NCBI GenBank assembly: GCA_964016885.1
Contig: OZ024740.1
Coordinates: forward strand, 175,708,001-175,772,000
DNA from: Eledone cirrhosa
Taxonomy: Eukaryota
Reading direction: 5' to 3'
Length of the DNA: 64,000 bases
The translations under genes and the position numbers were made by a program. Shown one piece after another: positions 56,792 through 64,000 of this stretch (its first letter is position 1; the number at the start of each line of letters is the position of its first letter). A model generated the notes under the pieces. The model ran no database searches, had not been told where the DNA came from, and worked only from the letters and a program-made list of their open reading frames with translations.

Positions 56792-56795
<4 letters not shown>
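56610..56795 (+). mobile_element. tRNA-derived SINE embedded in (TTA)n
   Basis: Same SINE family; (ATT)n on both sides. Confidence 0.9.
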
Positions 56796-56851
<56 letters not shown>

Positions 56852-57090
56852 TTATTGTTATGGCCGCACATGTGTGAAGACAGTACAAATCTGCGGGGGA
56901 AAAGGTTCGTAACTTTAAGCTGTTTTAAAGTGTCATTTTTTTGTATTTTCTTGTCGTTAACGAAACTTAAAGTGCACATCTTGATTTAAAGAGAGGGATA
57001 CCTCTCAATATTCGGGCTTTAAGCCCGAATATTCAGATTTATTTTAAAAAAACTTCGAAAAACAAATCGCTTCCCCACAAAAAAAAAATT

Positions 57091-59069
57091 ATGGAAATTT
57101 TCGACCTTGAAACGGTAAACAACGTTCAGGTCAAAAGTTTAAAGGCAGCCACTGCAGATTTCACCACGACTCCGACGGCTACAGTCATGCCTGTCATCCA
57201 CTCTACTGAATGTGAAGGCAAAACTCAAAAGCTACCATCACAATCTTCTGCCATAGCAGCAGTATCATCTGAAAACGACATCACCACCACCGCCACCACC
57301 ACCACAACAACAACTCAGAGCAATAACGACAATAACACCGACAGCTTCAATGTAAACACGGATGGCGGTGGCAACACCAATAACAACAGCAAGAATGACA
57401 ACAACAACAATAAGAGCATCAGAAACACCACATTTGCGGCAGCTGCAGCAAAAAGAAAGCGCTTATTGAATATTGATATTGATATTAGCGATAAAGACGA
57501 ACAGTTGGCCAAAGCGTGGAGGCTAATTAAACGGGAGAAGTCCTGGGCAAACCTGACCATCCCGGACGAGGCAATAGCGGCCATGCAAAGGAGGACGGTG
57601 CTCTTTCGATGTATTTCGGTGCAGACACGAAAAGTGGAACTTGCGAGCCAAGCAGAGGTAGAGGCTGCTTTGGAGTACATCGGAAGTAACATAGAGTACA
57701 AAGCAAGAGGCAAACAGTTCGGTACCATCTCGGTACTGTTCAAAACCGAGGCCCTCGCTATTAAGCACTCGGTGACCCCCTGCAGAACAGAACGCATTAT
57801 CATGCATCCGTCTTATATGGGTAAAAGGACAGTGAAGGTACGCATTCCCAGCATCCCACCAGGAATGAACATATGGTGGCTGCTGAGATGCGTAATCGAG
57901 GAGGGGACAGACACTACCCTCCTGCACATCAAAAGGACAGAGAGAGAGGACTGGTCCGGAATGGATTTGGAGATTCTTCTCCAAATGAAACCGGAGGATA
58001 TGAATAACATCCCGGATTTTGCCCGCCTGCAGGATGGGACAACAATCCAACTAATGATTGACGGAAGAAGGCCACGCTGCTTCGTCTACGGGGAAGCAAC
58101 GCATCTTCAAGCCTTCTGCCCTCAGCGCAAAAATGCAGGGCGTCGCAAACCTCCTTTGTTGCCAACACCAGTGTCAGCACAGAAAGCTGCACCACCACCA
58201 CCACCACCACCAAAAACAACATCAACAAAAACACGGACACCAACATCAAAAGCAGCCGGATCACCACCAACACCAAAACCAATCCAAGGAAAAAACGAGG
58301 AAAGCTCTCCCACTCCCCCTACCCCCCCCCAATTATACACATAGACAAAACAATAAACGCACACACAGACACAGAGAGACTCACAGACACAGACCCTTTG
58401 TCTTCCAACAGCGAAGATGAAGGAAAACCCCAAAGTGCAAAAAAAAACAGAGAAAACTCACAAAAAAAAAAGCCCCAACAAAACACAAAAGCACACACAA
58501 CAAAAAATACCACTAACGCAAACACTTCCCCAATAACATCATCACCAACAGCAACATCGACACCACCTCCACAATCCCCGAAACGCAAACAACCTAAACA
58601 AACACAAGTACAAATAAACACACAAATACCTGAAATTGCAGACACCACACCTACAACAAACATAGGCATACCCGAAACAACACCACCAAAACCATCGCCA
58701 CCACCTTCACCAAAACGAAAACAAATAAAACCACACCAACAAAATGTTAAAAACTCCATGCTTGTCAGAAGGGCCAACGATAAACTGATGGCCCTCTTAG
58801 CGCGAAGCGAGGACATTCAAACAGAGGGGGAGATTTTTGAAATGAGCACATTTTGCGTGCCAGAAGATTTGCTTCTAGTCCGAATGTCACTCAATTCCTT
58901 CAAAGAAATTCGAGAGAGCTTTCCTCAAGACGTGGGAACCCCGAATGTGAAACCCACATCAAGACTTTTAAAGGGGTTCCCAAAAGAAACCCCACCAACC
59001 ATGGAGGTCGAACCACCCGACCTTCACAAGACACGGGAGGTAAGTAAACCTTCCCTCTCTCTCTCTTAG
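57091..59069 (+). pseudogene. Tx1 ORF1 (gag-like nucleic-acid-binding protein), split at ~58344-58398
   Basis: ORF 57091-58344 has an RRM-like segment and a degenerate zinc knuckle (CFVYGEATHLQAFC); Pro/Thr-rich continuation 58398-59069 ends 9 nt before the ORF2 ATG. Confidence 0.8.
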
Positions 59070-59078
59070 CTTACCAAT

Positions 59079-61620
59079 ATGGCCATATTAAGAGTAGGAA
59101 GTTTAAAATTTCGCGGCCTGGGGTCACCCTGGAAGCAGGGTCGCCTGCTCAACGACCACCGGTCGCTGAAAATGGATGTGATTGCTGTAAGCGAGACCAG
59201 AATTTCCGACACGAGCGCACTAGCCCCCATTTTCGACGACTATCAGATCTTCGCATCTGTTAGCAGGCCGGGAATGGGGTGGGTGGGTGGCAGTGCTGTT
59301 TAGGAAAGGACTGGATCTCGAGGTAAAGTCGATCTTCCGGGACCCGGACGGTAAGTTGGTGGTCTTGGATGTGAGCAGTAGCGAAGGTGGTGCCTTTAGA
59401 CTGCTGGCCGTCTACGCCCCTACAGGGGCCGGACGACCTGACTTCTTTAGGCGCCTGGAGACCTTTCTGGGTACGTCTCGCCCTTTACTGTTAGTGGGGG
59501 ACTGGAATGGCATCTTAGACGCACGCTGGGATTGTGTGGGAGTAGCCGATAGGAGCGGGGGGTGCAAAAGCCTCAAGCACCTACTCAGCCAGTTCCAACT
59601 GTCTGACAGGTATCGACTAGATTTCCCCAATGTGCCAGTATGGACATGGACCAACCGAATGGGGTAATCTAGATCGTATATAGACAGGATCTTCATTAGG
59701 AAAATAGATAGAAATAGTGTGGGCTGTCCACTTTTTAAAACGTTCGCCTATTCAGATCACAAATTTGTGATCTGTACGGTCGACCTAAATAAAACGCATA
59801 GGTTAGGACCGGGTTACTGGAAGCTGAACATGTCATTTCCGGCACGTAAGGCTTACAGGGACCGAGTCAACAATTTAGTTAAGCAAAAGTTGACAGAGTG
59901 GATCATCAACAACAGATGGTGGGGGGCTCTCAAAAGAGAGATTAGAGTAACTTCGATAGAGTTCAGCAAAGAACTAGCGTTAGAGAAAAATAGAAAGGAG
60001 GGGGAGCTGGTAGATAAGTTAGACGAGGCTATTTGTAGTGGCATCGCAACTGACGTGCTAGCGGCGCGAATGGCATTAGACCATTTCTTCAATGCAAAAC
60101 ACGAAGGTTGCATTGTCAGAGCTAAGGCGCGTGCGCTGAGAAACGAGGGAACTAAAGCTGTTCGGTGGGCCCGCGTGGCGGAGGCGCAGCGTGGTAATAA
60201 AACCACAATTCGGTCTTTGGCGGACCGAGACGGACACGAGATAAGCGATTCCAAGCGGATGTGTGAGGCCTTTCGCCAGCACTTTGCTCGGTTGTTCAGG
60301 GAGAGTGGCGAGTCAGAGAGAGTAGCGGATCTCAGTCCCTACCTTGACGGTTTGCCGCGCATCTCGACGGTCGACGCTGAGCGCTGCGAAAGGCCGATTA
60401 CTTCAGCCGAAATTCAGGACGCCCTTGTCGGCTGCATGAGGCGCAAGTCACCCGGTTTGGATGGCCTGCTCTACGAGCTTTACGTAAATATGCCAGACTT
60501 GTTCTCCGAACTCCTCGAAGCACTCTACTACAACTGGCAGCAGAATGGGAGTATTCCCAGTTCTGTGAGCAGGGGAGTGGTGACGCTGATAAGGAAAGAC
60601 GAGAACAAGAGGGATACATTAGACAACTTCAGGCCCATAACTCTGCTCAACACAGAGTTTAAGATTTTGGCCAAGGTGTTAGCAAAGAGATTGGCGCTTG
60701 TGGTCGAGGATTTGGTTGGGGAGGCGCAAACTTGCGCAATCCCAGCCAGGTTCATACACGACAATCTCCACCTCATGCGAGACATCATAGAGAGGGTTGG
60801 GTGTAAACCTGGCTTCGGTGGGGCACTGATCAATTTAGATCAATCGAAAGCATTCGATAGGGTCGACCATCGGTATCTGGAGTTTGTCCTCAAAGCAGCT
60901 GGCTTCGGCCCTGTCTTTAGAAGCTGGATCGTTGCAATGCACAGCAGCACACGCTCGGTGGTCAAGGTTAATGGCCACCTCTCGGAACCATTTCGGCTCT
61001 CCCGATCGGTCCGTCAAGGGTGCCCTCTCTCTTCCCTTCTGTACGTATTGATTCTCGAGCCTTTACTGCGGAAGCTGGAGCTGTTGCAGGGCATCCCGCT
61101 CGAAACGGGACGTGGAAAGGCGGTGTCGGCTTATGCGGACGACATCACCGTGATGGTGTCGAACACCTCAGAAATCGAGGTGGTCGGCACCTTATTGAAG
61201 GAATATGAAAGGTTGACAGGAGCCAAACTTAAACCGGAAAAGTCGGTGGGCTTGCAGCTCGGAACCTGGAAAGGCAAGCCCATGCCGTCCAACAGCGTCG
61301 TGGGGCGCTGGACGGACGGACCGGTAAAGTTGCTCGGGGTTTTAGTTCGGACCAGACCTCCAGGTGGAAAAGAATTGGGACGAGGTAACGAGCAGAGTAG
61401 CCAGTCTCACCCAAAAATGGGCTGGAGGAAGCTATCACTGAAAGGTCGCGCGGAGGTGGCGAATGCGTACATCGCGTCCGTCATCTACTACCACCTAACC
61501 GTCGTGCATTGCCCCCGTCCGCGCCTCGTCAAGTTGGAACGGCTCCTCTTCAAATTCTTGTGGAGGGGACAAGTTCCGTTGGTGAGGCGGTCCATCTGCT
61601 GCCAGCACCCTCTACGCCGG
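59079..61620 (+). pseudogene. Tx1 ORF2 copy 1 (APE endonuclease + reverse transcriptase), disrupted
   Basis: SETR, VGDWNG, SDH (APE); LDQSKAFDRVDH, SVRQGCPLS, AYADD (RT); frameshift ~59285, stop 59665, frameshifts ~61345-61410. Confidence 0.95.
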
Positions 61621-64000
61621 GGGCTGGGGTCGTCATGGAAGCAGGGTCACCTGCTCAACGACCTCAGGTCACTAAACATAAATGTAGTGGCCATCAGCGA
61701 GACCAGAATCTCCGAAGCACGGGCCTTCGCACCGATCTTCGGCGGCTACGATGTGTACGCATCTCCCAGCCGTCCTGGATCGGGGGGAGGAGTTGCTGTG
61801 CTTTTTCGGAGAGGTTTGGATCTCGCCAACGGGCCATCTTCCTGGACCCAGAGGGTAAGTTGGTGGTGCTGGACGTGACCAGCGGAGACGGGCAAGCTTT
61901 CAGGCTAGTGGCCGTCTATGCCCGGACAGGAGCAGGGCAGCCTGATTTCTTCCGGCGTCTGGAGACCTTTCTTGGAACGTCCCGCTCTTTAGTATTAGTG
62001 GGTGACTGGAACGGGATCTTACATGCCCGCTGGGACTGTGTGGGATTAGCGCATAAGGGTGGAGGGTGCAAGAGCCTCACCAACCTGCTCAGGCGTTTTG
62101 AACTGTCTGACAGGTACCGATTGGATTTCCCGAATGTGCCAATGTGGACTTGGTCAAATCGCATAGGGTCATCCAGATCATATCTAGATAGAGTATTTTG
62201 TAGGGAAATAGATAGGTCTAGCATAGGCTGTCCACAATTCAAGATAGTCAGCTACACGGACCACAAATTCGTGATCTGTGTGCTTGACTTAGATAGGCTT
62301 CATAGACGAGGACCCGGCTACTGGAAGCTAAACACGTCCTTACCAGCGCGCAAGGCCTACAGAGACCGGATTAGCGAACTAGTTAAGCGGGCGTTGACGG
62401 GGGCCATCGTCAACAACAAGTGGTGGTTTGCTCTGAAAAGAGCGATTAGAATAGAATCGATTAGGTTTAGTAAGGCTTTAGCAATAGAGAAAAATAGAGC
62501 AGAGGGAGAATTAGTTAGAAAATTAGACGAGGCGCTTAGCAAAGGCATTGCGACCGACGTGCTTGCGGAAAAATTGGCCCTTGACCAATTCTTCAATGCA
62601 AAGCACGAAGGCTGCGTTGTCAGAGCAAGGGTGCGTGCTCTCAGACACGAGGGGACGAAAGCCGTTCAATGGGCCCGAGTGGCGGAGGCGCGTCGTGGCA
62701 ACAAACCCACGATCCGGTCTTTGGTGGACCACGACGGGCGCATGCTACTCGATCCCGGGCAAATGTGTGAAGCTTTTCAGCGACACTTCGCTCAGCTGTT
62801 CGGGGGCTACGGTGAGCCGGGTCGAGGGATGGACTTTAGTGTCTACCTCGACGGACTGCCGCGGCTCTCGGCCACTGAGGCGAAGTGTTGCTAAAAGCCG
62901 ATAACAGCCGCTGAAGTAAGGGAGGCAATGACTGGCTGCACAAGGGGTAAATCGCCTGGTTTGGATGGTCTGCCCTATGAACTTTACGTACAGATGCCAG
63001 ACTTGTTCGGAGGCCTCTTGGTGGACGTCTACTGCAACTGGCAACAGAACGGGAGAATTCCCAGTTCTGTGAGCCGAGGAGCGGTGGCACTGCTGAGAAA
63101 GGATCCGAACAAGGGGGATAACATAGATAATTTCCGGCCCATAACTCTGCTAAACACAGAGTTCATGATTTTGGCCAAGGTGCTAGCAAAGAGGTTGGCG
63201 CTTGTCGTTGGTGGTCTGGTGGGAGAGGCGCAGATATGCGCCATTCCCGACAGATCCATCCACGACAACCTCCACCTAATGCGATACATCGTAGAGAGGG
63301 TAGCTAGGGACCCTGGCACGGGTGGGTCCTTGATCAAGTTAGATCAGTCGAAAGCTTTCGATAGGGTCGACCATCGTTACCTAGCCGCAGTCCTGAGGGC
63401 GGCTGGCTTTGGGCCCGTCTTCAGAGGCTGGATCGCTGCCATGCACAGCGACATCTGCTCTGTGGTGAGAGTGAACGGTCACCTGTCGGAACCGTTCAAC
63501 ATCATGCGCTCGGTCCGCCAAGGATGTCCCCTCTCGTCCCTCTTGTACGTATTGACTCTCGAGCCATTACTGCACAAACTGGAGACGTTGAGGGGCATCC
63601 CGCGCGAACTAGGATGCGGAAGATCCGTGTCAGCATATGCGGACGATGTCACCGTAGTGGTGTCGAACGCCAAACACATCGAGGCGATCGGCACTACACT
63701 AAGAGAATACGAAGCGGTGACAGGAGCAATGATCAACCAGGAAAAGTCAGTGGGCCTGCAGCTCGGCACCTGGAGAGGCAGGTCCATGCCGTCCAACAGC
63801 GTCATCGGACGCTGGACGGACGGACCGGTTAAATTGCTATGGGTCTGGTTCGGTCCGGACCTCCAGACGGACAAAAACTGGGACGAGGTGACGAGCAGGG
63901 TGTCTTCTCTCATCCAGAAATGGGCGGAGAGGAAGCTATCCCTGAAAGGTCGAGCAGAGGTGACTAACGCGTACATCGCGTCTGTCATCTGCTACCACCT
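61621..64000 (+). pseudogene. Tx1 ORF2 copy 2 (APE + RT), lacking ORF1, runs off the window
   Basis: GLGSSWKQGHLLNDL..SETR, VGDWNG, TDH, KAFDRVDH, QGCPLS, AYADD; frameshift ~61825, stop 62892; diverged from copy 1. Confidence 0.95.

Larger units (their letters stand above)
56860..61620 (+). mobile_element. Tx1-clade LINE, 5' UTR + ORF1 + ORF2 truncated after RT
   Basis: ORF1/ORF2 organisation with APE and RT motifs; sharp GC increase. Confidence 0.9.

Noticed and set aside
57315-63988. Minus-strand and alternative-frame ORFs over the Tx1 cluster
   Set aside because: Shadow ORFs of GC-rich coding sequence; no motifs

Overview
AT-rich, microsatellite-dense eukaryotic DNA with no intact cellular gene recognisable. 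The SINE families and repeat style suggest an octopus/cephalopod genome (inference). The window is dominated by retroelement debris. (1) Many Penelope-like element (PLE) fragments (RT and GIY-YIG remnants) have ends abutting (TA)n runs, usually form inverted-repeat (fold-back) structures, and carry about ten minimal type-I hammerhead ribozyme (HHR) motifs of several different sequence families. (2) tRNA-headed SINEs, RTE and CRE LINE fragments, a Helitron-type non-autonomous element and a hAT-type MITE are also present. (3) At 55.8-64 kb is a GC-rich cluster of Tx1/L1-clade LINEs: a 3' fragment, a near-full-length copy (ORF1 plus APE-RT ORF2), and a second diverged ORF2 fused to it. The upstream 3' fragment begins at the same 38 nt where the main copy breaks off. 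Two GC-richer islands with splice signals (30337-30578 minus; 45098-45375 plus, encoding a Cys-rich peptide after a KR site) may be host exons. Coordinates of degenerate elements are approximate, read by eye.
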